This document shows positions 11,601-24,600 of a stretch of 64,000 nucleotides of DNA, piece by piece (the first letter of the stretch is position 1; every line of letters starts with the position of its first letter). The DNA lies in NCBI GenBank assembly GCA_002633005.1, contig NMRA01000666.1:124001-188000 (forward strand), given 5' to 3'. The position numbers were made by a program, and so were the translations under genes. The notes under the pieces were generated by a model. The model was given only the letters and a program-made list of their open reading frames with translations. It did no database searches and was not told the origin of the DNA. This DNA is from Phoronis australis (Eukaryota; Animalia; Phoronida).

Positions 11601-14343
11601 ACATGACTGTGTTTACTAGTGTTTAGCAATTTTTTGATAGCATTCCTAGACCAACTCCAGTGGATGCTGACACCTTGAAGCAAGCACAACAACTGCCAGA
11701 CTCGTGGGATTGGAGGAATGTGAATGGTGTCAACTATGTATCACCCATTCGCAATCAAGGTTTGCATAATTGAACTCAAGCCACGCTTTCCCTGACTCGA
11801 AAACATGTTATATTTTATTGTGGGTTTGTTTAAGACGAATTCTCAAATTTTTTAGTCCTTTACTGTATTCTTATTTATCTTAGCTTGAAATAGTAATTAA
11901 CTGAAATGTACGTGCCTTCAAGCGGTTGATGGTTACGTAATAATTACTTTTTGTTTGTTAAAAATATAATAAATGAATCTTTTAAATGTCCAATCCTGCG
12001 TTTGTCACTTGTTCCTCATCAAGGAGATTGTTCTTCATCTTGGCAGGTCAATTTTTAGCTTTGATTGGATTTTAATTAGAGGATCCTTTCTCAACTGTTT
12101 TCTGAATGTGTTTGTTTTAAGTGTGAGATTTGAGTAGTAACTAACTGAACCACAGAACTCTCTGGAAATAATCTTGAGTTGAATTTTCATAATTAATTGA
12201 CTTAATACTAACTTTTTGTTTCCAGGCGCCTGTGGTAGTTGCTATGCATTTGCCTCCATGGCGATGAACGAGGCCAGAATTCGTGTCATGACCAAAAATA
12301 CTCAACAACCAGTCTTCTCACCACAGGACATTGTAGAGTGCAGTGAATACTCACAAGGTGGGGCTGTAGTCAATGAAAACGTAGGGTGGATTTGATGCCA
12401 TGCAGTGGCCATTTTATATATTTTTGATACTGTCTGCCTATGGAATCAACATAAAAATTGACAGATTAGACTGTTGACATTGACAAGAGCATGACTGAAT
12501 TTGATTTTTGGATGGGTCCAGCTACTGTGGTACCTCTTACTATCATTTTTTTGGATCTGTTACTTAAACCTAAGCCCAATACAGGATCTTTGTGAATTCC
12601 CATTATCTAAACAGATGTACGAATTCTATTTCTGCTCTGCACCCTAGTGGAATGTATCTCTTTGAGTTTCTTGACCCATCTGTATGAAATGTTGCAAATA
12701 GCTTTCTGTTTGGGAGGCGACAATGTCTTCCAGTTTTCAGATAGGTTTGATGTATTACATGTGGTGTATTGGCCATTCTTACTAATAGTTGACACGCCTA
12801 GAAACATTATTTCAATGGCTGTGCATTGCTTTTGTTCCATTTGCTAGTAAGTAGAATAAACAGTCAAGAGTAACCTGGAAAGTGTTAGCAAGAGGGAATG
12901 TATGCAGATTGCTTGATCGCTTACTTGCTGAAATGTTATAGTTGCACTGTGTATTTCACAACATTGTCAGAAGCTTGACATTTTCCTGAATATTTTGAAA
13001 ACTGCATTTTGACCATTGGGGCTTCAATTAAAGATCATTTTCCACACCAGGCTGCGAAGGAGGATTCCCTTACCTGATTGGTGGAAAGTACGCTGAAGAC
13101 TTTGGTCTTGTGGAAGAAAAGTGTAACATGTATAAGGGAAGAGACGGGAAGTGTACAACAGACCCAAAATGTGGCCGCCATTACTCCACATCCTACAGAT
13201 ACATCGGAGGCTTCTACGGAGCGTAAGTATCAAATGGGGAACTCGAAATTCAGCAGGTGGTGCATTCGTACCTTATTGCCTCTATTCAGATGTACTGACA
13301 TGGGACCTTTGGTTACCCTCACAAACCCCTGTGTCCCTCTGCTGATAAAATTGCTTTCTTTTCCCAATCTCTATTGTCTTAAAAGATGGCCTTATCTAGG
13401 CACCACCCAGTGTGAATATCAAATTGCTAACCGTAGGGAGGCTTTTTATTCGTAGATGGTAATTGGCAAGTGACTCTGAATAACATGCAGAGCTCAGTGA
13501 TCCTGCAACTATGGTGATGACCAGCTACTGACTATATTCTATGTATCTCTCACTTCACTCTATGGATGTTACCTGAGCTGTATGTTGGCACTTGTTGTCC
13601 TAAATTGTTGTAAATATGAACCTGATGATGTCTAATGAAAAGACAAAACATTGAATTGAACATGAACTTTTTTATTTGTGCGGTGATCGTCCGGTTTTTA
13701 AAGTGACTTTGGCCGTCATTTTCAATTTCCCACATTTTTGTTAACTTGTGGAGTTATATCGAAGTTTAGTTAAATTGATGCAAGAAATTTTATCATGAGC
13801 AGTTCTGTGATGGCTGTGTATTTACTTCCATAATTCTACTATGAAGCAAAATTTTCCTTGAAAAATATATTTTTGTAAAAAAATATTTCTAAGGCCATAT
13901 TGTGTACTGAATTTCTGAAACTCACCTTTGGATGTATATAACTACTTGAAAGTTGAAACTCTGTATTGCTTTCAGTTCACCCAGTTTTAACGATTCTATC
14001 AACATTTTGCAGGTGTAACGAACATCTTATGAAAATTGCCCTTGTCAAAAATGGTCCCATCGCAGTATCCTTTGAGGTTTACAATGATCTTATGCACTAC
14101 AAAAGCGGCATTTACCACCATATTGAAGGACTACTAGGAGGCCAGTTCAATCCTTTTGAGATCACAAATCACGTTGTCATCATTGTGGGTTATGGATTTG
14201 ACGAAATGTTTGGGCAGCCATTTTGGATTGTTAAGAATAGCTGGGGCTCACAATGGGGTGAAGAGGGGTTCTTTAGGATACGTCGAGGAAATGATGAGTG
14301 CGCGATGGAGAGTATGGCTGTGGAATCATCTCCAATCATTTAA
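5677..14343 (+). CDS. CTSC: Cathepsin C / dipeptidyl peptidase I, isoform using proximal terminal exon 8a (469 aa)
   Basis: Exons 5677-5839, 9366-9460, 10038-10276, 10518-10676, 11641-11759, 12226-12357, 13051-13222 and 14013-14343 are all GT-AG and phase-consistent. The protein has a signal peptide, then exclusion-domain [37 protein letters not shown] (catalytic Cys), [11 protein letters not shown] (His) and KNSWG (Asn). Confidence 0.95.
5870..6632. repeat. Long near-perfect inverted repeat in CTSC intron 1 (321-bp arms)
   Basis: 5870-6190 is the reverse complement of 6312-6632, with one mismatch seen. A 15-bp-arm palindrome is centred at 6299. This explains the mirror ORFs 5908-6117(+) and 6385-6594(-). 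Confidence 0.95.
6925..8033. mobile_element. Probable degenerate non-autonomous DNA transposon fragment with an internal repeated motif and a Kolobok-like CCT|TTAA end
   Basis: The motif TGTATTCTCCGTAGCCC recurs at about 6926, 7099, 7397 and 7759. The region ends ...CCCCT|TTAA at 8025-8033. The left end was not identified. Confidence 0.35.
8603..8680 (+). mobile_element. tRNA-derived SINE head (degenerate)
   Basis: A-box-like TGGCCTAGT (8612) and B-box-like GGTTTCGAGTC (8655) at tRNA spacing. No complete cloverleaf. Confidence 0.5.
8866..9052. repeat. Cluster of about 7 AATAATAGTATAGAC-like motifs (subterminal-repeat-like)
   Basis: aata(a)tagta(t/g)agac is repeated with variable spacers, next to a single N at 9079. 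Confidence 0.6.
10813..11381. mobile_element. PIF/Harbinger (Tourist-like) MITE, copy 1, in CTSC intron 4
   Basis: About 40-bp TIRs (GGGCTGTTCCAGTAAAATCTGT.../...ACAGATTTTGCTGGAACAGCCC) with a TAA target-site duplication on both sides. Confidence 0.85.
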
Positions 14344-15139
14344 GTGATGTTGATATGATTACATGGGGAAGCTCTTCCTGCAAACAAATTTTGTTGTCTT
14401 TTTGCCATTTGTAACACTCACACTCAAACTACATGCATGGCGTCGTGATTAAATTAGTCTATGACCTTTTGAAAGTTTCGTCTCCTTACTGCTACAGTTA
14501 CAAAGCTTCGGAAAACACCTGGTGTGCAATCACACTTGCGTCTACGGAACTCATCTTGGGGGGTCTCTTTCGTCATATTAAAGTGACCTGAGATTGAGGT
14601 CAGAAGTTTGATCTTGTGCTTCTACTTCACAGTTATACTGACTAAAGGTGTACCCACGTAATTATAAACAGATCAGTCAAGGAATAAGCAAATTATCTCA
14701 GTATCTAGCAGTTATTGATATATTATTCTTTGAGATATTGTACGCTAAAAGTGAGGTCTAGTTATTTTTTCGGATATGCCCAGTCCGGTAGTTGTGTGGA
14801 GCTTAACTATAGACCAAATTTCTGACTCACAGTCTTTTAAAGATGCATTTCATGAAACAGGCTTCAGTAATTACAAGAAATGTCGGGTGTTTATATCTCA
14901 TCCCTTGTCATAATTATGACACTCTGTGTATATTTGGGAAGCTGGGTGTTCAGCCTCAGTTCAGTGAACTCAGGAATGAGGTGGATGAACCATTACCATG
15001 TCTAGTCAAACCAGAAGAAAAAAATGGTCCCAGGGTGGTTGCATCTGTGGTTACTTTGGATCATGTGTTGGTTTGTACTTGTTTCATAATCTGGCAGCTA
15101 GGATACTTACCGGTATAAAAATTACATTGAAAGTGGTCA

Positions 15140-15345
15140 GAGAACTAGAAAAATCGAGGAGTCTGTTCGCTAATGTCATGAATAGAGGCGAGGGAGTTTA
15201 CAAACTTCCAAGGTTTTGGAATAGCCTGATCACTCCTAGTGGTCACCAGCTTCTGAAGATGGATGCTGTAAGGAGCTGAAACGCTAGAAGCAACTGCGTT
15301 AACTGCATGGCTGTGTCTGAAAAAATTGTCAAGTGTGTGCAATTA
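15140..15345 (+). mobile_element. Penelope-like retroelement 3' remnant (GIY-YIG C-terminus plus degenerate hammerhead-like motif)
   Basis: The peptide NVMNRGEGVYKLPRFWNSLI resembles the MNRDEG-Y-L---W tail of PLE endonucleases. It is followed by CTGAAGA...GAAACGCTA at 15253-15286. Confidence 0.6.
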
Positions 15346-15523
15346 CGCTCTTATGAACTTATTCAGTGTTATGTTGCTAAGGGAACAGTTCTTGGATTAC
15401 TGCCATTACAAAATTATTCTCGAGAGTGCCCATAGCCCATTTGAATCAGTTCTACAACTGTTGTGCTTGTGCTGTTCGTGCTGCACTAGAAATTTCCATC
15501 ATTCCAGTCTGATGGCATTAACT

Positions 15524-15592
15524 TTATCATTATTGTTATTATTTTTTATTATTATTATTGCTGTTATTATCATCATTATCATTATTATTGTT
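15524..15592. repeat. (ATT/ATC)n microsatellite
   Basis: Imperfect trinucleotide run. Confidence 0.7.
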
Positions 15593-16401
15593 GCTATAAG
15601 ACCTGCAACTTAAGGGTGTGGCTACTATTAAGCTGTTTTACGAAACTTTAGGGTCACTAATGACCGACCCACTTTTGATTATTAATACTGATCTAGCTCT
15701 CTGGCAACAGATCTGGGATTAGATAATATGGCATCAATGCACAGCAGCGAAGTTTTGTGAAATACGTCAATAAAACTGTCAAGTCAGAATTTTAGTCCAA
15801 GTGGCACCAAGTTGGACAGTTCGAATGTTATACTTTGTGTACTCGATCCTTCTGTTGAGTCATATTTCACCTTACTTGAATACAATCTCATTACAGTTGG
15901 ATCCGACTTAAGCAAGTTCACTGTCTAGTCAGACTGCTTGGAACCTTTCACTTCAGTCTGCAATTTATGTCACGTTACGTCCACAGATTTCATAACTTTT
16001 AAAATGTTCTGAATTTTTAAGACTTCTTGTAATCCACGTTTCAAATGTTAACTCTGAATGGTCCAATGAAACCAGTCAGTATCTGTATAACGTGCTTTGT
16101 TTTCAGAGCTGCAAAACAAGAGGTGACTGCTAGCATTACTGTTGTTAGTGACATCGCTGATTGCTCTTTTATTGTCTTGCCACACGATAGATGTGGACAA
16201 GAATGGTACAATTAGTTTTTAATGGGTTCATCATTAATGGAGCCAGAACTTTACAGGGAATTAATTGCGAAATCCTTGGGGTATCCTGTATATTAGGCGT
16301 GATTTGTGACTTCAAAATGGATTATCCATCCGTCCTCACCTGTCCCCCATGTTCGTCATCATGGAATTTTGAGCGTAATAGGTTGTACTTCTAATACATA
16401 G

Positions 16402-16729
16402 GTGTAACGAAGCTCTCATGAAACAGTCACTGGTGAAAAGTGGTCCGTTGGGTGTTGCGTTCATGGTCTACAGCGACTTCATGCACTATAGAGGCGGAGT
16501 CTATCATCACGTGGATGAACTAGAGGACCATTTTAACCCCTTTGAAATTACAAATCACGCTGTATTGCTAGTGGGTTACGGCACAGATAAGGACAGTGGA
16601 GAAGACTATTGGCTCGTGAAGAACAGCTGGGGGACATCTTGGGGTGAAGGCGGCTACTTCCGCATTGCCCGCGGACACGACGAATGTGCCATTGAAAGTA
16701 TTGCCGTAGAATCATTCCCTATCTTGTAA
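16402..16729 (+). CDS. CTSC: Second, intact copy of the cathepsin C terminal exon (8b); alternative last exon giving a 468-aa isoform
   Basis: An atag|G acceptor in the same phase as exon 8a is followed by an open frame [20 protein letters not shown]...[19 protein letters not shown]...KNSWG...[21 protein letters not shown] occurs at 17033-17038. Confidence 0.88.
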
Positions 16730-18636
16730 TCCACTAACTTTTTACTTTTTGCTTTACTTTGTGAGTTTTCATTTTTTTAGTGAATAACATTTTCTCTCTA
16801 CGTTTGGCTCAATCCCCTCAACTTCTCAGTGATTTCGTAATATTAGAGATGATTCCTCCAAGTTATGTTCAAAATGGAACTTGCTCATGTCCGACCAAAC
16901 CAGAGTAGGAGATTGTATTCTAGTAAGGCGAAATCCTAGAGCTTTTTTCGATGTCACACTCCTGCCAGCTTTAGTCAGATTATTTACTGCGTCATGCGCC
17001 TGGATTGTATCAATGTTCATACTCGTACACTTAATAAACAGAATGTGTTTTTAACTTTGTAAAATAAATTATGTGTTCATATTGTAGGATGTAATTATTC
17101 AACATACATAACGAAACGACTCTTCAAAACGAAGGCCTTGTGGATTAGTTAATCTGCACTGAAAATTCCCAAAATCTTCATGTTCCAAAATTTTACTATT
17201 AGAAAATAACCCTGTGTATGATAGGTTAAGCATTTCTTGCTATATCCTCAAAAACAAGGTCAATGTCACCAAATTTGACTGGAGATTCCAACAAAATCTG
17301 AAAGTTTGAAAACTTTCAAGCGTGGCCTACACTTTAACAAATTACACAGCAACTGTGGCAAAAGACGACCCACCAAGAACCATAATGTTCCAATTTTGTC
17401 AAATGGGGAGGTATGGTTGAAACCAGCAAAACGGTTTAGTAATCCTTTTAAGAAAAAATATTAACGACATTTATCTTAAGTTTGTTTTCTTTATTTACAA
17501 ATACAATTTTCACATTTTCATCAGCAATTAAGAGACCTTTGAGGTTAAAATAACAGGCTGCAAACTAATCTCAGTCCAAATAGAATACAAAACATCCCCG
17601 ACAACAAATGACAAAAACAGCAAAACTAGTAATTGAACATAGAACCAAGCAACCTGTTGAAGAACAGTGGACACGGTGATAGTCCCTGAACTGAACAACT
17701 AATCGACTGCATCGTCAAAGTTGATGCCCAGCATTTCAAATTGATGCTGAAGAAAAAGTGGCCATTTTATCAACAGCTGCACACACCACCAGTGTAGCCA
17801 TCTCTATCAAACCTGGCCCACAGTTGGAACACTAACAAAACCGCCAGCACTGACTCTCATTGGATGTCAACATTACCACTGAACATAACGTGTTGAATCT
17901 GGGAGGAAATGGTACACAATCTCACTCTTTCAGTCCAGATTTTTGGATGTAAGTGTCTCCAGTGTGCCCAAATAAAGCTCTATTGGACGAAGCTGCGTCT
18001 ATTTGTATGCTCCTGGTATGTAGGTCTAAGACCAGTTTTTGTCGCATTTCAAGACAATTTCTTGTGATTGAATTTCTATTCTTGGGAAGTTCACTCCAAT
18101 ATTGAAAGGGGTTGATACACAATAGGAAACTTAACCAAGCACAGGTACAGCACTGACAGGGTATCCTACTACATATCAACATCTAAACTTAACACAGCTG
18201 AAAGAAAATCCAGACCCGTTTGATACTATATTAAATTTAAATCTAAACGGCAACCAAACATAGGATTAGTTTAGCAAAAATATTTCTTTTTGTTCATCAC
18301 TTTAGGACTTGGTGCTCCTAAACAACCTGCTAGTAACCCAATCTATTGTTCAGCCACCACACACAGTGTTTGGCTTTCCAGAAAGATGCGCATATTGGTT
18401 CCGACACACAAAATGTAATCCTGTCAATCCCAAAGTCAGTACTGAATTTAGCCCTTGGCCATAACACTTTTCATCATTCCTTGCAATCACAGAAATCATG
18501 CCTGCACTGAGTAACGAGCATTCTGAGACTGAATCGTAACAAGTGGGTAGTGTAATGTAAAAGTACATTTCGGACATCAAAAATTGCAGCAGATCTCTGG
18601 TTGTGAAGATAAAAACCGATGATGCAGTTCGCTTTC

Positions 18637-21600
18637 TCACTGTACTTCTCCCATCAGATCCAGTCGTCTGAATTTGTCCAGGTTGTAGAAACCACCTTTA
18701 ACTGTCCTCCCACCAAAATACCTCCCATGCAGATCGATGACAGCTAGAGGAAAAAAACAACAGTGATGGTGGTGAGGTGTATAGTTCATGGAAACTGGAG
18801 CAAACCATGGCTATGATGGCGTACACAAAACATAACTGAAATATGACAACAATCACCAGGTCACAAACTGGAAGAATGATAAACAACTTCACACGGGCAT
18901 AATATTCGTTACAAATTCTAAATTGACAAGTGGAGTCTCAGGCCTCTGAAGACACCCTGAGAACGAGGTCTACTTTCTGTACTTAAAACTATCCTCGAAA
19001 ATCGATTAACTGCCTGGCACACTTCATTGAGTAAACTTACAAATTTGGTGAAATTTTGAGTCTGAGTAAAGTCTGAGTTCAGATATTAGATCCTAGACAA
19101 TGGTGCCCACTTGTCAGACTGAAAATAAAATTATGATGGGAGGCAAAAATAGTTGTAAGACAACTGAAAACGAACCTTTTATGGCTGCATCTATTTTTTC
19201 AAACTCCACAAATATCCTCACAGCTTCATCATCGACTTCTTCGGGCATCTGAAAGCAGGAAATTGTTAATTAGACTATTGTGTTACAAAGCTTTCAAAAA
19301 AATTCACATTTCAAAAATTGTGAAAAACCAGACAACAGTTTAATATTCTAATAACAAATCCGTCAAGAGTTAGCCCAAATCTTTTGCTCCAAGTGTATAT
19401 TCCTTTTTTAATATTAGGAAGTCTGGCATTTTCAAACCTCTGTCATAGTCGGAAACAACTGTCCAGAGGAGACAGTGTGTCTCAGTGGATTGAACTCTGG
19501 TCTCCTATTTGTGAGTGAGACCTGAGTTCGTATCCTGGCGTCACTAGCAATCGAGCATTGCACAAAGGTGTGTCCTACTTCTCTGAGCTCGGTCTTACTA
19601 GTGAGTGTATGCAAGGCAGTGAATAAGAACCTGGATATAATGCAAAAGCAATTTCTGGGGCTGTGCTCTCATAAAAAACTGTCCAGCTGCACAGACATGT
19701 ATCACATTACACAACCTCAAACTCATTTTCACATTCATTGTATAATAATAATCAAAAACAAACTGTTACGTTTGCTTAAATACCACTATAAAACCAAAAG
19801 CCTGCTGGATCAATACTTTTTGATGCATAAAATCACCTGTGCTCTATTCAAATATTTTCACTGTGCATCTTCAGTGCACTTCATTGGTTGCTAAAGCAGC
19901 TAGTTTCTGAATGAAAAAACCATGTGGCTCAATTCATGCATATCGTGTACGGGGAATGATATTACGTTGTGTACTAATACAGATCTCTGATTATCTTACA
20001 GACATATTTTCCAGACAATTGCTTTTCTTCTGGCTTGAATTTAACATCAATAGAAGGTGATGTAACGACCCAGCAAATAACCTAGATATTGGTGTAACTG
20101 CATACACTTCCACTGAGCAAACACATTGTGCTACAGGCAATTGGACACAGTCTGTGCAGGTCATTTGTGGAAGTGAATGCAGGCCTTTCGCTGGGCTGTT
20201 TACGCCACGTTTGTTAACTTTGTTCTTTGTAAGTTGAAATTCTTATTTGAGAGACTCCAGATGGGCTTGTAGTGTCCCCTTTTGGACATTCTGAGTCCAA
20301 TATCTCTGAATGCAGGAGAAGTTAATAATTTTGGTGTGTTGTGATGCTGAAATACTTTAACTTTTAAGTACCATCTTGTAGTTAACAATCTGAATACCAT
20401 AGCTTCTATCTGATGCATTGTAGTAATTCTAACTAGTTTACGTTTTTCTACATTCTTTCATGGAGGTGTTTTTAGCTTATTACATATGTTGCTTGCTTGT
20501 ACACTTGAAATACATGGTTACATTTGCTGTCTACACTAAGTACACATTACGAGAACAGCCATTAACAGTGAAAAATATCTGTTCAATAGAACCAAGGATG
20601 ATTATTTTTACTAATTAAAGATACAAACAAAAACTAACTTCTTTACCCTTTAAAGACAGAATAACCAACCATGGTTTGCAATGAACTATTCAGCAGGTTT
20701 TTTCATGACAATACTACTTATGTCCTACTTAAATAGCCTAGTAAATAAACCAGAAACCATCTATTCACAGCCAATCTTATATTAGAACTAGGCTACTGCG
20801 TCCTTCAGAACAGTCTGATGTTATCAGACCTGACCTAAGCCTGCTAATTTGACTGTATGGATGCGCAAAAAAGAGTGACCATTGAGCGAACGGATAAAAA
20901 ACCTCAGCGAAAATCAGTCAACCAATGAGAGACATACCTCAAATATGACACACTTGATGACCTTTCCATACTTGCCGCACTCCTCCGCAGTTTCCGGCTC
21001 CAGTTCCTCATCTACCTCTCCCGGGCCGACCATATTCTGTAAAACAATAAGTTACTCAAATCCGCGTTAATGGGCCATGCAGAAGCAAGTAGAGCGTAGA
21101 GAAACTTCGCAAGTTGACTAATAAAATCACTCTGTTCAAAGTCAACCAGACTTCGGGGCAAAAATTATTGCCTCATCTTGAAGTAATGAAGTGTTGTTTT
21201 TTATACAGTTTCCTGATAGGTTCACGAAAGTTTGAAAGAGCCAAATGAATTTCTACAAAATTTGTCAACTTTTTTGTATTAAATTGTTAAATTGTTCACA
21301 CAGCCACAATAAAGGTCGTCAATCCTTAACATTGAGCAAATGACAAGATACAACTAGAAGGCTAACTCCACCAGTGCTGGTGTTCACAATATACCTACGC
21401 TGCCTCGGCCAAACAGAAATGTGCAGCAATTTGCACAGGTCAAACATGAAACACACATCATTCAAAGGAATATCCTTCAAGGAAACAAATCTTTAGCAAT
21501 TAGCACCGAGAAAGACTTCATAATGGCTCACCCGTAATAGTATAACTTTACTGGGATTCCTGAGTAGATCCGCTGTGCTGCCCAATTCAGCTCGCGGCAA

Positions 21601-24600
21601 GTCTGAAATGTAGTGCAAAAACAAACACAGCTTAAATGCAGTGCAAAAAATACAGATGAAATGTAGTGCAAAAAATAGAGCTGAAATGTAGTGTAAAAAC
21701 AATACAGCTGAAATGTAGTGCAAAAACAATACAGCCGTAATGTAGTGCAAACAGCTGAAATGTAGTGCAAAAACAATACAGCTGAAATGTAGTACAAAAA
21801 CAATACAGCTGAAATGTAGTGCAAAAACAATACAGCTGCTGAAATGTAGTGCAAAAACAATACAGCTGCTACCAACTTATCAAAAATACACAAATCTTCT
21901 GATTTAGATCACTTTCTGTACAAATTATTTTCAGCTTTACTGAGATCTGAAGATTTCTGGGATTAGGAAGAAGTTTAATTTTCCTTGGCACACAAAATGA
22001 CATGTCGGGTCACGCCAATTTCTTGAACCTATTTTCCTTCAACAACGGGCCATCAATTTTTCTTATCCCTGGCTTCACGTCCACTCTGAGAAAGAAACTA
22101 CATTATGAGAGATTAGTTCTAAAACGGAGCAACAGGTGGGGTTCATAGCAACTTTAAAATGTCTCTTTCTCGTTTCACAACAGACGACACATGTTAAAGT
22201 TCCATTCATTCTGGGCTTCTGTTGAAGGAAAACACATTTACACACCTATATGTATTTCTTCTATTACAAGAAACCAAATATCATTCTACCAAAGCCCACA
22301 CAAGACAGGAGAACCTTCTCCAGTACGATAATCTCTCTTACCCCCAAAACACACACACTAGTTTCATTTCCCACAACCAACACTAACTACTCTTCACGAG
22401 TTCCTTCTCTTAGATCTTCCCTTGAGTAAAGTCGTTAACACTGAAAATCCCCAACACATTTTATCTTTGTCAATACTCCTCTGATGGATCTTCTCTCTTA
22501 CCACTCACCCCCCCCCCACACACACACACAAACAACCTCCACTGCCCCACCATGATGACTCACTCTCACCCTTGGGGAGGTCCTTCTCGTGGATGATCTT
22601 GCCACCCCTCTTGCTCGTCTTTTCCACCATCAGGGCCTGACTCATCCCCTGCTCTGACTTGCCCAGACCCTGTCCCTCCTTGTAACCCATCTTGGCCATC
22701 AACTTGGCTGCAACAGATCCCCTGCAAAAACAAGCAATGCGTCACAGTACATGTACGCATACATTGTATTTTCACTTTCCAGGAATTTTCCAAGAAATGC
22801 ATTGAGCCTTTGTACGTCCTAAGTCATGTTTTTCATTTGTACCATGTAGGGAAAGTGTTTTGCGTCAGATATTAAGCTTATTGTGTTCTGTGTTACTCAA
22901 CGAACACATACACTTGAAGAAAATGGTCTCCCTGAACAATTGTTAGACACTGACTAATCGTGCAACATGAGTGAACGAATCATAGATGACACCAGGGCTC
23001 CGTTTCTAAATTTAAATCTCAAGTTTGATTGTTGCCATGACATTAACAGCATTTTTCAACCTCCGCAATGTGACAGACAGCAATGTTACTTTGGTCAAAG
23101 TTAGAACTAAAGATTTTGCAAAACAGAGCCCTCATACGGTGCGTGTATATACGCTAGGAAGATGGTTTCCAGAAAACACAAGTTTTAAACTAAAATCAAA
23201 TTAGTTGTAAAATAGTTTCTGCGAAGTGAAATTCTCAAGGGAAGCCTTGCTTTGGAATTTAATCCGTGAATATGAATCTGATACCCAGGACTGGAGTTTG
23301 GTCACAAGGTATGGAGTATTTTCAATGAGTGTAGGGAGTTGAGGAGTGCAGGTGTGAAAACACAGGTTTGGTGTCTGCTAGTGAGTTAATATCACAAAAC
23401 ACTGGATATTCTTGTTTCACAGCTCTGGGCAAAGATTACAACTTCAAGAAGCCCATCTCATCAAACAAGAGATCCAAAATATATTTTTAAGTCCTAAAAC
23501 CAAGTGTTCCTTTAAATGAAGAACATTTAATGTCCACTCATAACTTCAGTCTACGAGCAAAATTGGCATGGCAACCTTTCAGCTCATGTAAGTTTCAACC
23601 TTGCTCTGCAATAAACAGACTCACCCTAACCCCATCTTCAGGCCAATTGAGGTTTTCCCCTCCCCCATCTCTTTTTGCACCTCCTCTTTGATCTTCTCAT
23701 CCTGCTGTATAAGGGCGGTGGGCGGAGCGATGGCAGCACCACCTGTCAGTAACAGAGAGATGAACAGATCATTAGCATTTTGCACATTCCGCCCTTCACA
23801 CATTGGAAGAAACACAGATGTTGATATGCACCTACCCTGTCTGGTAGACCATAAGCAATAAAAAAACCATGGAGCTTATTAATTACAAGTGTGGGCTGTC
23901 CCAGTAAAATCCGTATGGGAGAGGGGGAAGGCAATTGAAATAAAAATTTATGGGTGGTTGTGTTTGATTTAAATTCAAAATGGCTGGTGGTCGTACTTCA
24001 AAAAAATAAAAATTTACAGGTCGTTGTTGTTTCATTGTGCCATAAATGTTTGATAGTGGGTAATTTCAGTAAGTTTTATAAACAATCCGACAAAATCAAC
24101 AACTAAAATAAAAATGTAACTTTCAAAAAGCTCCACTTTTTCACTCCCTCCGATCTCTCCATCGACATGCCCATAACACCAGTCAAACACAGGTGCTTGA
24201 ATTTCCTGGCTAATAACCATATATATTAGTAATGAATGACTTCAGTGGTGATCGAGGGACAGATAAACTCAAGCGCANAAAAACATGACTTGCAAAAAGC
24301 TCCACTTTTTCACTCCCTCCGATCTCTCCATCGGCATGCCCATAACACCAGTCAAACACAGGTGCTCGAATTTCCTGGCTAATAACCATATATATTAGTA
24401 ATGAATGACCTCAGTGGTGATCGAGGGACAGATAAACTCAAGCGCCTGTGCAGTCAACCACAAGAACAACAAAAAATACGGGTGGTTGCATTTCAAACTT
24501 ATAAAAAATTACAGGTGGCGAGCTAAAGAAATAAATGAAAAATATGGGTGGTGGGTGCAAAAAAAGTGCATTCCCCTCCCTCCCACACAGATTTTACTGG

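Noticed and set aside
13622-13650. CTGATGA-stem hammerhead-like core
   Set aside because: It lacks the required GAAA (reads AAAC) and stems I and III.
16402-16729. Exon 8b as an uncollapsed allele of exon 8a
   Set aside because: Protein divergence (about 35-40%) and unrelated flanks are far beyond allelic variation, and no N lies between the two exons.
24124-24445. Internal tandem duplication in MITE copy 2
   Set aside because: The two copies meet at a single N (24278) and differ by a few SNPs. This is most likely overlapping haplotype contig ends, an assembly artifact.
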